DNA of 64,000 nt from Octopus sinensis (taxonomy: Eukaryota). This document shows, one piece after another, positions 1-11,645 of the stretch (positions are counted from its first letter, which is position 1; the number at the start of each line of letters is the position of its first letter). The stretch spans positions 124,310,001 through 124,374,000 of the forward strand of contig NC_043000.1 of NCBI RefSeq assembly GCF_006345805.1, in the 5' to 3' direction. Made by a program: the position numbers and the translations under genes. Under the pieces are notes generated by a model. The model saw nothing but the letters and a program-made list of their open reading frames with translations. It searched no databases and was not told the DNA's origin.

Positions 1-137
1 CTGAAGAAACTGGTGTAGAGCTTATACACAAGGCAAAGCTAAAACTACGAGGGAAAAAAATGTTTGCATTAAGATTTAACACTAAATCAAGGGTGTGACG
101 TATATACGAGTGCAACTTATACACAAGTAAATATAGT
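1..137. mobile_element. End of a pogo/Tigger-like DNA transposon or MITE (truncated by the window edge)
   Basis: Ends in gcaacttatacacaagtaaatatagTA, resembling the terminus of the MITE at 24698-25195. Confidence 0.4.
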
Positions 138-616
138 ATAGCTACTCCTTATCCATGCTGCCTTTTCAAAGATATATATATATATACACACACACACACA
201 TACATATTCTAGGTCATGCCTTCATTTGTTCTAAGCAATTCTTTACTGACGCTTAAATTTGGACATTATCGTTTATTTCTGTTATACCCCTGATATTGAT
301 ATCACATTTCTAATCTTGCTACAGATCTGTGAAATAAACATTTTATACCAATTTCTATGACTCTTACATAGTTAGGTTGGTTGACAAACTATAAATAACA
401 TCCAAATATCCTTGAAGTCATACCCTGCCAACATAAAAAAGATGGCACAATAAATAGTGTAATCACCAATATACTTTGCCTAGAAAAAAAAATGGGATGG
501 TTAAGGCTTGAATGCCTTTAGATTTACTCAAACATAGCTGACCTGAGGCACAAAGCAAGAGCAACTCTATAATTGTTTCAATTTAAAAGCAATGATAAAA
601 ATAGATATTTACATAT

Positions 617-822
617 CGTTGCCAGTACTGCCTGACTGGTCGTCTTGCCGGTGGCACATAAAAAGCACCCACTACACTCTCAGAGTGGTTGGCATTAAGG
701 AAGGACATCCAGCTGTAGAAACTTTGCCAGATCAGATTGCAGCCTGGTGCGGCCTTCTGGCTTACTAGCCCTCAGCCAAAACGTCCAACCCATGCCAGCA
801 TGGAAAACAGATGTTAGACAAC
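617..822 (+). mobile_element. SINE family C (3' part; RTE-like tail)
   Basis: aagcacccactacactctcagagtggttggcattaaggaaggacatccagctgtagaaac...ccatgccagcatggaa, shared with the copies at 11141 and 62510 and many others. Confidence 0.85.
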
Positions 823-2288
823 AATTTACAAAGAAATGACTGACAATGATTTCCAAGTTTAGGTTTACTTGCCATCAGTCACTCTCGCTCTCATATCTTA
901 CTTGTTTTCAGTTATTAGACTGAAGGGTTTTAGTCAAACAAATTCACCTCAGTACTTATTTTTTGTTGCAAGTCGGGCTCTTATGCTATCAGTTTCTTTT
1001 GCTGAACTGCTAAGTTACAGTAATGTAAGCAAACCAATACAAAGACATACACATCATTTAACATACATTTTAAATGGTGATGATAATAATGATGAATGTG
1101 TGTGTGCACACACACACACACTCAATGAACTTCCACTCTGACTACAATCAACAATTTTTATGTTCAAAACTTAAAGTATCTCCTATTAGTTTACCACTTC
1201 TGTACATTCCTTAAATTACATGTCCTGCCCACTACTGATAACTGCAATATCAGCTAGATATCCACTACATGGTTTCAAAATATCCTGTTCTATAGGCATG
1301 CCATCCTAGACTTCATTAAGAAGCCATTTACTTCAACAAAAAAGGTCATGATATATTTTATGAGATTACTCTAAAGGTTTCTGCCCACAGTTTGTCACTT
1401 GTATTAACTCATACTTGTATCACTGCTTCTAACTTTCAGGAAACCCCTTCTAATCACACTATATATACAGCTTCCAAATTCTATATTAACTATATAAGCC
1501 TTCTGTTGTATCTTGGGAGGGTCATTATGCCAACACTACACCAGAACATACAAGTTCACATCAAGAATCTTGCAAACCAAATACAAAAACGAAACAAATC
1601 TTATCTTATAGAAAATCTCTCCCTTGAAGAAGAGAATCATTGTCTAAAACCACTTGTTAGTTTTAAAAGCAGAATTAATAAGGGTTATTTTGCTAATACA
1701 AAATCTAAGTGGAGATCAAACTTAGTGGTTTTTATGAGGACATTTTGCACACTTTCAATATGATTGACATTCATGGGGGTGATTTTGCTTTAAATTATTG
1801 CACATATGTAAATGTGATATGTTGATGAACTGGTGCAAAGTGAAAACAGTAGTCTATTTGATAGATGTATAATAAAATGCAAGAACAAAAACATGCAGTA
1901 AACACACACACACACAAAGATGTTAAGAAACAAAAACAGCCATGTGCTTTGTACCTCAACTTCTGATGACTGCTAAAATACTTGCATAAGACAACCTGGT
2001 AGATTTTAGAATGGCAAAAATCCTTTTTTCATCAAGATAACTAAACCTAACCTTTATTAGTTGGATTTAGCAATCCTAATAAAGGATGGAACTGGCTTTA
2101 TGGCAATAAATAATGAACCTCAGTGAGTTATCAAGTAAGTAAATACTTCATGCTTCCACATTCAATCCAAGTTCATTAAAAGTTAATCAGTGACAAATGA
2201 CAAAGGCTTGAGATGGGTGAAGCTTGAAGTCACAGACAATCCTTTTCTATAATAAGTTTAACTCTACTTCTAGTATTCAGCTCTTTAA

Positions 2289-2907
2289 CCCTTTAGCATT
2301 CAGATTACTCTGTCAAATGCATTGTTTTTGGATTAATCATGCATTATCTTGTCGCTTCAAGAAGCGGTGAGCTGGCAGAATTGTTAGCACGCTGGACAAA
2401 ATGCTTAGCGGTATTTCAGCTGCTGTTACATTGTGAGTTCAAATTCCGTCGAGGTCGACTCTGCCTTTCATCCTTTTGGGGTCGATAAATTAAGTACCAG
2501 TTACGCACTGGGGTCGATGTAATCGACTTAATACCTATGTCTGTCCTTGTTTGTCTCCTCTATGTTTAGCCCCTTGTGGGTAATAAAGAAATAGGTATTT
2601 CGCTTGTTGCTATGTTCTGAGTTCAAATTCCACTGAGGTTGAGTTTAGCTTTCATCCTTTTGGGGTTGATAAATTAAGTACCAGTTGAGTACTGGGGTCA
2701 ATGTAATCGACTATGCCCCTCCTCCAAATTTCAGGCCTTATGCTTATAATAGAAAGGATTATCTTGTAGCTTCAAGATTTCTATGATGTGATTGTATAGT
2801 TTTAGAATGATATTGTAGGGTAGCTGTTAGAGGCCAAATCTGGCTGGTTTGAACATAAAACAGGTAGACTACTTGGGCTGGGTATGGCTGATTTAAATGC
2901 TAAAGGG
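2289..2907. mobile_element. piggyBac-like (TTAA) MITE interrupted by a SINE dimer
   Basis: TTAA|ccctttagcatt ... aatgctaaaggg|TTAA termini. An uninterrupted opposite-orientation copy lies at about 10917-11140. Confidence 0.85.
2363..2757 (+). mobile_element. tRNA-derived SINE family B, dimer/nested pair
   Basis: Head gcggtgagctggcagaattgttagc...gagttcaaattc (Pol III A/B-box-like); flanked by a 20-bp direct repeat attatcttgt(c/a)gcttcaaga. Confidence 0.9.
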
Positions 2908-3374
2908 TTAACCAGTAATTACTTGTCCTTGTTTCAAATACTAAAAAAATGAATGCTGAAGTGTTTCATGAACAGCCAGATGACCAGCCTTGTACTTATA
3001 ATTTCAAAAACTTTACAGCTTTTCTTTACTAATGAACACTTGAAATTAAAAGAGAAGAAAGACTGAATTCCAAATAAAATAGGATAGACAATAATATCAC
3101 AAATGTGAATATTTGAAATAATTATCAGTATTAATAATATACCAGATTTAAGAGCGGTGATGAAAACTACTATTACCGCATATTTCTGACGGGGAAAAAA
3201 ATACATATTTGAATGTGTCAAGTACCTAGTAGTGAATATAAAAACATGTCTGGACAGAGAAAAACTAAATCTTAACTATTAAAATAAGTTAAAACAGAGA
3301 TACCAGAAGTTTATTGCCATACACAGAGAAACATTTATTTGATGATGTAACTCTTAAAATAAACAAGTTCAAAC

Positions 3375-3406
<32 letters not shown>

Positions 3407-6400
3407 CTAGCAATATACTAATAACAATCTCATCTCTTATGTACTTAAAATGCTTTAACTGATTGGGAGAGATACACAAGTAATTATCGATAACAATGTA
3501 CAAAGGTTGATTACATTACTTATTATCATCTTCTTAACATTTTGTATGTACTATTTTGTACTATTTGAACAAGCCTTGAGGCAGGTGAAACTTGAAATCA
3601 CAGTCAATTCCTTTCTATGATAAATTTAACTCTGATTCTAGTATTCAGTCCTTTAACCAGTAATATTTATTTTTAATCTTCTGTTCCAGTCATAGGACTG
3701 TGGCCATGTTGGAGCACCATGCTGAAAGGTTTAGTCAAACAAATTGCCCTCAGTACTTATTTTTTAAGTCTAGTACTTATCCTATTGGACTCTTTTGCCA
3801 AGGGATTGTTACAGGGACATAAACAAACCAACACCGGTTGTCAAACACAAAGATGCACACACAGACACAAGACATCCACAGTTTCTCTCTACTGAATTCA
3901 CTCACAAGGCATTGGTCAGTCTGGGACGATATTAGAAGACAGTTGTCCTATGTGCTATGCAGTGGGACTGAACCTGCACTTAACAACCCTAATATATGTA
4001 CATAAATACATACATGTGTGCGTGCATGCTTGCACACATTCATATACTTTTGTGTATATTAATTTACAAAGTGGAAAAAAGAAGCATTCAATAGATGTAG
4101 TAGGGTTTATTAATTCACTCACATTTCACTTCTACACAACACAGAGCACTATACTTCAACATCATTTTACATTTGCTTCTCCATGCTGGCATGGGTTGCA
4201 TGGGTCATCACAGACAGAGTGAATTCTTATTTAGAGTTACTGTCCTTCTACATAGGTCAGAGATCATCTCTCACATTTCTGGCATGTTTTCTATGGCTAG
4301 ATAACTCTCTTATCACCAACCACTTTACAGAGTATACTGGGTGCATTTTATGATAGTACCAGCACTAGTGAAGCTGCCTTATCCCTAGCAAAACTAAAAA
4401 GTCCTCTGTAATCCATGTTTGTCTCCATTGAGACATTGATGAAAGAGGACAAGAGAGTGGGGGAAGAGATGACAAGCAGTAAAGAAGAGTAAGAATAAGT
4501 AATGATTGAATACAAATAGGCATTCAATTTCATTCCATTCCTTGTTATACATGCAGAAGAATGGGGAAAAGTAAGTGATATAAGGAGAAACAATGATAGG
4601 AGAGGAGATGAGTGATAGATGAAAGGATAAAGAACAGAAGAGTAGTATATGAAGATTGTATACAAGTATAATGATCAGGAAAAGACCCATTACATCCCAA
4701 TGTTCATCATCACAAGTCATGAGTTTCACATCTATTTTTCCATGCTTGTATGGGTCCTCTTCATTACAGTACTTCACTGCAACTTGAGATCCTGCCTTCC
4801 TTTTTGCAAAGTTCAGCCTCTTGAGACCAATCTTCACTACTTCATACTATATCCTCTTTGGCCACTGCCAAACACTTCAAAAGCTTACATACACATATTT
4901 ATAATAAACACACACAAACACATGCCTGTGCATGTGTTATTGTGTGAACATTTGCGCTCCCATGGTACTGTCATTAACACTCAAAGGTTTCCCTACGATA
5001 GGGATGTTGTGGTGATGCTTTTTAGACCCAGGCATGGCTGTGGGGGTAACAAAATTGGCTTCACAATCATGCTGTTTTAAGTACTATCCCATTGCATAGC
5101 ACTACGGGTAAGTGTCTCTTACTATAGTTTCCAGTTAAAAATGCCTTATAAGTGAAATTCAGAGATTAAAATTGTACAGGAGCCCTTTAGGTGTGTGTGT
5201 GTATGTATGTGTTTTCATCTGGTTTCATGTTGACACTGTGGACAAAGGTGATATGTTTATGTTTACTGTTACCAGCATAACCAGTAGCTTGAGAGCCTTG
5301 ATGTGCAAAAACCAGTGGAATAAAATAAATTTGCTCAAAAAAAAAAAAAAAATGTAAAGGATACCCAGCTGTAGAATACTATTTCAAGCACTTGTAATGG
5401 CAGCCATTTGAAGAATATTGCTTGAATAAGTCTCGTCCAGTCCATGCCAAACATAACTGGAGAAGTTCAAGTTATGAGAATTCTCAGTTATGCAGGTGTT
5501 ATTGAAAATAAAGTTGGCAGGAGATATTGAAACGCTGCTGTAGCATCTAGGTACCAGTAGGATATATGACTGGTTGTGATGTTCATCTTGACAAAGGTTC
5601 TTGTCTTATGAAAAAGAAAAAATAGATCTCTTGCTTTACCACTCCTAATTCGCTCAAACTATGAAATACCCTTCTGTTGAAAACTATTAAGTGGTACCTC
5701 AAAAGAACAGATCTCTATAGAGATTCGATAATGAGGTTTAGAAATGAATAGAATGAGTATATAAGTTTTGAGCCACTCCTTGTTGCTGCTGTCATCACTC
5801 TCATCATTTAGCTGTCTGCTTCTATGCTAGCATGGGTTAAATGTTTTGACAGGATCTGACAAGTCAAAGGACTACATCATGCTGTAATGCCTACTTTGAC
5901 ATGATTTCTATGGCTAGATGCTCCTCTTAATGCCAACCACTTTACAAAGTATACTGGGTGCTTTTTGTTTTGTGAGGATTGTCATGTAAATTGCAAAGTT
6001 AAAGGTCTAAAGTGACCCCTATAAATGAGGAAGAATAAAAGAGAGTGGACAATGAGATGTGCAATGGTAAGTAAGAGAAGAGGATCATCATCATCATCGT
6101 TTAACGTCTGTTCTAAACAATGATGATCCTCTTCTCTTACTTACCATCACACATCTCATTGTCCACTCTGTGGGGTAGTATGGCAAAAGACAGAAGAGAG
6201 GGGAGGGGATTAGGGATTGAGTTATTAAGAAAGATAATCCGATTGGGAGCAAGTGCTAGTCTAATAGGGTGGAAGTGAGGTATTTATTTCTTATAAACTT
6301 CATACCACAAAACTTGGTCTTTAATAGAACAATTTTACTTTCTAGCTAAATATCACCAAACCATTAACAAAAACTGCAAGTATGAATATAACCTGCTTAT

Positions 6401-7537
6401 CTATCAGATGACCTGATGCAGACATCAAAGAGTATTTGGCAAATCTCCTTAGGTAACACATCTAGTATCTTAATTCCATAGCCATTACATTTTACATCTA
6501 TGTATAAACATATACTTGTGTACACAATACAAATATAAACATACATATAACTAGACATAAACGTGTGTGTGTGTGTGTGTGTGTGCACGTACACGCGCGC
6601 ACACATGTGGATGAATACATATCTACAATACTGTAGAATAATCCCAGTTAAAACTGCTGAAACAACCTTATGACAGTAGTAACTATTCAAATATTTAAGA
6701 GAAGCCAAGAGGTTTTCAATTCCAGAAACTTGCACTTTATTTTATCCTAGACCATGCAGCACTTTTTGATATGCAATGGTTAATAATATAGGACACAGGC
6801 AAGCATTAAGGGCAAGTTGCATCTATTTTGCAATCCAGTCTGAAAACTGGTGACAGCTGCATCAAAGATAATTGATGCAAACTAAGTGGGCGGAACTCAG
6901 TGGATGTCATTTACAACCAAATAAAGAATTTCGTATGGCTACTGATGTAGCTATTTTTTGTCCGTATGTGGTTTATATTTGTTTGGATCCACTAGAAGAG
7001 ACAGTGCTTTCTAAAAAAGTGTTTTAGAATGATTTGGGTGAAGACGCATCTCGATATAATGGTAAGAAATGAGTGGTTTGACCGTCATGAACTCGGCTCC
7101 CCATACAAGAAATTACCATTTCACTTCAACATTCTTGCTTTCCTGTGCAGGCAGAAATGGATGTAATGTGTACACCCATTTATGATGAGGAGTGCCATTT
7201 TGATTTTGAGTTGATATTCTATAGATCAGTAAAGTAGAGCCTGAGGAGGAATCAAACAAGGCTAGTATTGTTGATGATAAATCTTATATCTTGTAATAAT
7301 ACTCATTACAGGAGTTTGTTAGTTTAGACAAAATGCCCTATTAGTGACAGATTGCAGTATGTGTAAGTGCTTTGATGTTTATATGGTAGGAAGGTCAATG
7401 AACTGTTGTAGGTGATACCATAGATTCAGGTCTTTTTGTGTGTGAGTGGAGTATGAGGTAAGGCATAAGATAATGTTTACTAATATTGATTTGTGACAGA
7501 GGCACAAGGCCACATATCTGGGGTGGAGAATCTAGTT

Positions 7538-7820
7538 CAGTGGTTTTTAATCAGGGCCTGCATAAGATTTTTGTTGTTAAGGTTTGTGTGCAATAAATTG
7601 GTTATACTTCTACAGTACACAAAATATTAAAAAAAATTTTTTTAATACAATTCCTAATAATATTTAATAATAAAAATACAATAGAATTTGAAAAATACAA
7701 TAGGATTTTGCCTATAGACCCACTTAATTCATGTCTTACTCAGCTGGACCCTCATAGGGTCCAACTGAGTAAGACACAAATTAAGTGGGTCCTTAGGCAA
7801 AAAATGGTTGACAATCATTG
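7538..7820. mobile_element. hAT-type MITE containing an internal fold-back
   Basis: Perfect 8-bp TSD atctagtt at 7530-7537 and 7821-7828; termini cagtggtttttaa / ttgacaatcattg. A related copy lies at about 41310-41530. Confidence 0.85.
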
Positions 7821-7959
7821 ATCTAGTTGATTACATTAATTTCCGTATTTGATTACTTTATCTTATCAAACCCACAAAATTGAGAGGTTAAAAGTGACCT
7901 GCCAAATTTTGAACTAAATACTATTTTCCTACTTAATTCTACCAAACCACCATCTTAGT

Positions 7960-8810
7960 GTCTACTACTTTTGAGACAGACAGTGGCATGCTTCAGTTTA
8001 AGTTTATTTGTTTCAGTCTAACAACTTACGTTGCATTATAGGCAATCTTATTCATGAAAACAAGTTGGAAGGCACGTATTCCTGTCTAGATGATGTCACC
8101 ATATTTAGTAAAACAAAAGAGAGACACATCAATATCTGAATTCTAAGAAGTTGCTCATAAATCTAATATGGTACTGAATAATGATAGATGTAAATTTTCA
8201 ACTAAATCTATCTGTATTCTAGGTTATCATATTAACCATAACAAATTACACCTTGACTGTCTCCCTCACCCCACATTTAACTCCATTTCTAGAAAGGACC
8301 ATGCTTACTAATAAATAATCCTTATCTCATATGACAAATCTGTTTGCTTACAATTCTGGATAGGTTCCTTGCTTCTCTGAAAAAATGAGACCTTTGATCA
8401 ATGCTCAGTTTCTGCTCTCAAAGGAAGCTACAATGGCAATCACTTAAAAACAGCAATTATGAAGTTTGTCAATGCTAAAGTAGATAAACAAACCACCAAA
8501 ATGGACACACCTGTGACTGCTACCAAGGATAGTCTTAATCAAAATGATAAGTCTGTAGCATTCATTCTTTAGTCACCAAATTTTCTTGGAAAAAGATCTA
8601 GTGCTATAAAAAAAGAGGTTTATGCAATAGTTGAGGTGGCCGAAAAAGTGATGCCATTTCCTTTTAAGCAAACAATTTACCCAGGTGACCGATCAGATAG
8701 CTGTAGCTTGTGTGTTTAACATAAAAACACAAAAGTTAATATTAAAAGCACGAATGATGCGCTGGTAATTAGGACTAGTGAAATTCTATATTGCAAAACC
8801 TTACTTTGCC
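7960..8810 (+). mobile_element. Degenerate Ty3/Gypsy pol remnant (RT + RNase H)
   Basis: GTYSCLDDVTIFSKTKERH (YxDD region), RCKFSTKSICILGYHI, SAIKKEVYAIVE (RNase H) and QFTQVTDQ, broken by stops and frameshifts. No LTRs seen. Confidence 0.8.
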
Positions 8811-9184
8811 TTGGATCCCTTCATATAGTTTTAGGGTACCCTGTTAAAATTGTATAAAATTGTTTGTTCCTTGGTATTACAAGTTCAATGCACCTTATTT
8901 GGATGCAAAATCTTCTGTCATGAAAAATCTAAAATTGGTCTATGCATGCCATTGACCATATAAGCACTGATTCGAAGAATTCATTCGTATCAAGTAATAA
9001 ATATTTGATAATTGTTGTCAATGAATACTGCCATTTTCCCAGACATATTATTCATGGTTTTAGTTGGCCTGAGGCTATAGTAAAAGACATGTTCCCAAGC
9101 ACTGAATCTTAATCCACCTATGCTTGTATATAAAAACATATATACATGTATATGTATTTATACAAATATGTATGTATTTATATA

Positions 9185-9700
9185 CTGGTAGTGACCTAAT
9201 TAGTTGTGGAGGATTAACTGAAAGTATAGATGCTTGAATAAGAATAAGATGGACATAGTGCAGAAAGCTATCATCTCTGTTGGCTACAACAGGTCTCTTT
9301 CTCTCAGAGTATATGACATGTTGTATGATTTCTGTGTATGAACAGCTATGCTATATGGTAGTGAGACATGGGCTATGAATACAGAAGACATGTAAAGACT
9401 AGGGAGGAATGAAAACAGCACAATCCATTGGATGTGTAATGCTAGTGTGCACAATATGACATGGTGCTAATGTACTGAGAGAAGAATTAGGTATAAGAAG
9501 AATCAGGTGTAGTGTGCAAGAGAGAAAACTACACTGGTTTGGTCAAGTGATATGTAGGGATGAGGACAGTTACATTAAGAAGTGCTGATCATATAAAGTG
9601 GATGGAATCTGTTGAAGGAGGCCCAGGAAGACATGGTACAAAGTAGTGAAAGCTGATCTGAAGATGCTGAGCTTTGCAGAGGAGATGAGAAAGGATCATT
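9185..9700 (+). mobile_element. RTE-clade LINE 3' remnant
   Basis: MLYGSETWAM...LREELGIRRIRCSVQERKLHWFGQV...RPRKTWYKVVKADLKML with stops. Confidence 0.8.
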
Positions 9701-9704
9701 ATTC

Positions 9705-9890
9705 TTTTCTACTCTAGGCACAAGGCCCAAAATTTTGGGGGGAGGGGATCAGTTGATTAGATTGACCCCAGTACATAACTGGTACTTAATTTATCGAGCC
9801 CGGCAAAATTTGAACTCAGAATGTAAAAACAGATGAAATGCCACTTAGCATTTCGCCCGGTGTGCTAACGTTTCTGCTAGCTCACCACCT
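9705..9890 (-). mobile_element. SINE family B
   Basis: Reverse complement of the ggtggtgagctagcagaaacgttagcac...ctgagttcaaatt head. Confidence 0.8.
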
Positions 9891-9914
9891 TACTATTTAT
9901 TATACATTATTATA

Positions 9915-10315
9915 CAATCTGTGTAGTTAAGAATCTCACTTTGCAGGCACATGATTTTGGGTTCAGTCCTACCGTGCTGCACCTTGGGCACGGGTCTTCT
10001 GTTATAGCCATGGGCTGACCAATGCCTTTGAGTGAGTTTGGTTGACAGAAACTGTATGGAAGCCTGCTGTATATATATATATTTACATGTATATGTGTGC
10101 GTCTGTATTCATGTCTGTTTGTACTCCCATCACGTGACAACCACTGTTGGTTTGTTTATGTCCATGTAACTTGTGGTTTGTCAAAAGAGACCAACAGAAT
10201 AAGTACCAGACTTAAAAAATAAGTACTGGGGTTGATTTGTTCAACTAAAACCCTTCAAGGTGGTGCCCCATCATGGGCATAGACCAATGACTGAAACAAG
10301 TAAAAGATAAAAGAT
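9915..10315 (+). mobile_element. SINE family A (tRNA head, CORE-like centre)
   Basis: gggttcagtcctaccgtgctgcaccttgggcac... central block, internal microsatellite, 3' tail aatgactgaaacaagtaaaagataaaa. Confidence 0.85.
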
Positions 10316-10916
10316 AAAGCTACAATCTAGATGACAGTAAAATACTGTTTGACACTGAATATACAAACTACTAGATAGATAGTAAAACACTGCTAGTTTT
10401 TCAGTAGGTCTAATTTTATTCTCAGCAGCTCAGAGATGATGAAACAATGTTAAAATAGACAATGGAAGAACAAAGTTTGTTGGTCAATGAATAAAGTATT
10501 CACTTTTTTTTCTTTCTTTCTTTCTTTTTTTTTTTTGCTGATATAGGTTTACATGTCGTCACTGTTAAAAGCTACTCAAGGTGTATCTTGAAGATGAAAC
10601 TTTAGTTAATACGGTAGATAAATGTGAAGTTTTAGAAAAAGTGTCAGGGAAAAACAAGTATGGAATTAAAGGTAAAAAGATAAGAAAAAGGTGTGTGGGT
10701 GACTAAAGAGAATAAAGAACATTATCCACATAGAATTACTGAATAGCTTATCTAACTGAAAACAAATAGTTTGTAGAGACTGATTCATATGCAAAAGTGT
10801 CAAAAGTTTAATAACCTTCATTTCTCTGAAAAATTTCAAGATTTGCAACAATCTGTTTGTGACATAAAGAAGGTCACCAGTTGATGTAGATCAATAGAAA
10901 CCTGACTAGTTGTCGT

Positions 10917-11140
10917 TAACTCTTTAGCATTTATACTGGACATATCAGGCCCAAATATTCTCCCTGTTTATGTTAAAACTAGTCAGATCTGGCCTCTCAC
11001 ATCTACCTAACAATATCACTCTAAAAATAAAACAATCATACCATAGAAATCTCAAAGCTTCAAGATAATGCATTATTAATTCAAAACAATGTGAATAAAT
11101 AAGCATTTAATTTAAGAGAGTAATCTAAATGCTAAAGGGG
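10917..11140. mobile_element. piggyBac-like (TTAA) MITE
   Basis: ttaactctttagcatt ... aatgctaaaggg; the reverse complement of the 2289-2907 element without its SINE insert. Confidence 0.8.
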
Positions 11141-11645
11141 TGGGTGTAACCAGCCCACTTATGCGTACCTTTCCTTCATTGGACACTAAACTTTGCTTGC
11201 AAAGACCTGTTGAGGCAAGTGAAATCGAAATCAAATTTGATGACTGGCATCCATGCTAGTGGAGTGCTAAGAGTACCATACAAGCGTGATCATTGTCAGA
11301 GCAAAAAACTGGCCTCCGTGCCAGCGGCACGTAAAAAGCACCATTCGAGCATGATTGTTACTTGCGTCGCCTTACTGGCACTTGTGCTGGTTCCTGTGCA
11401 GATGGCACATAAAAGGTACCATTTGAATGTGGCCGTTGCCAGTACCACCTGATTTGCCCTTGTGCCAGTGGCACATAAAAGCACCCACTACACTCTCAGA
11501 GTGGTTGGCGTTGGGAAGGGCATCCAGCTGTAGAAACTCTGCCAGATCAGATTGGAGTCTGGTGCAGCCATCTGGTTTGCCAGACCTTAGTCAAATCATC
11601 CAACCCATGCTAGCATGGAAAGCGGACGTTAAACGATGATGATGA
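11141..11645 (+). mobile_element. SINE family C, near full length, with internal tandem array
   Basis: Three ~65-75 bp units containing gtgccNNNggcac-type palindromes, then the ggttggcgttgggaagggcatccagctgtagaaac core and the tail ggacgttaaac(gat)n. Confidence 0.9.

Noticed and set aside
3145-3187. Minus-strand acceptor ttttttccccgtcag| with a short downstream frame
   Set aside because: The donor is weak and the peptide unrecognisable; similar pseudo-exons (e.g. near 32170) show these arise readily by chance.
4394-5080. 143-147 aa ORFs on both strands
   Set aside because: They overlap a decayed RTE-type tail and SINE fragments; low complexity, no motifs.
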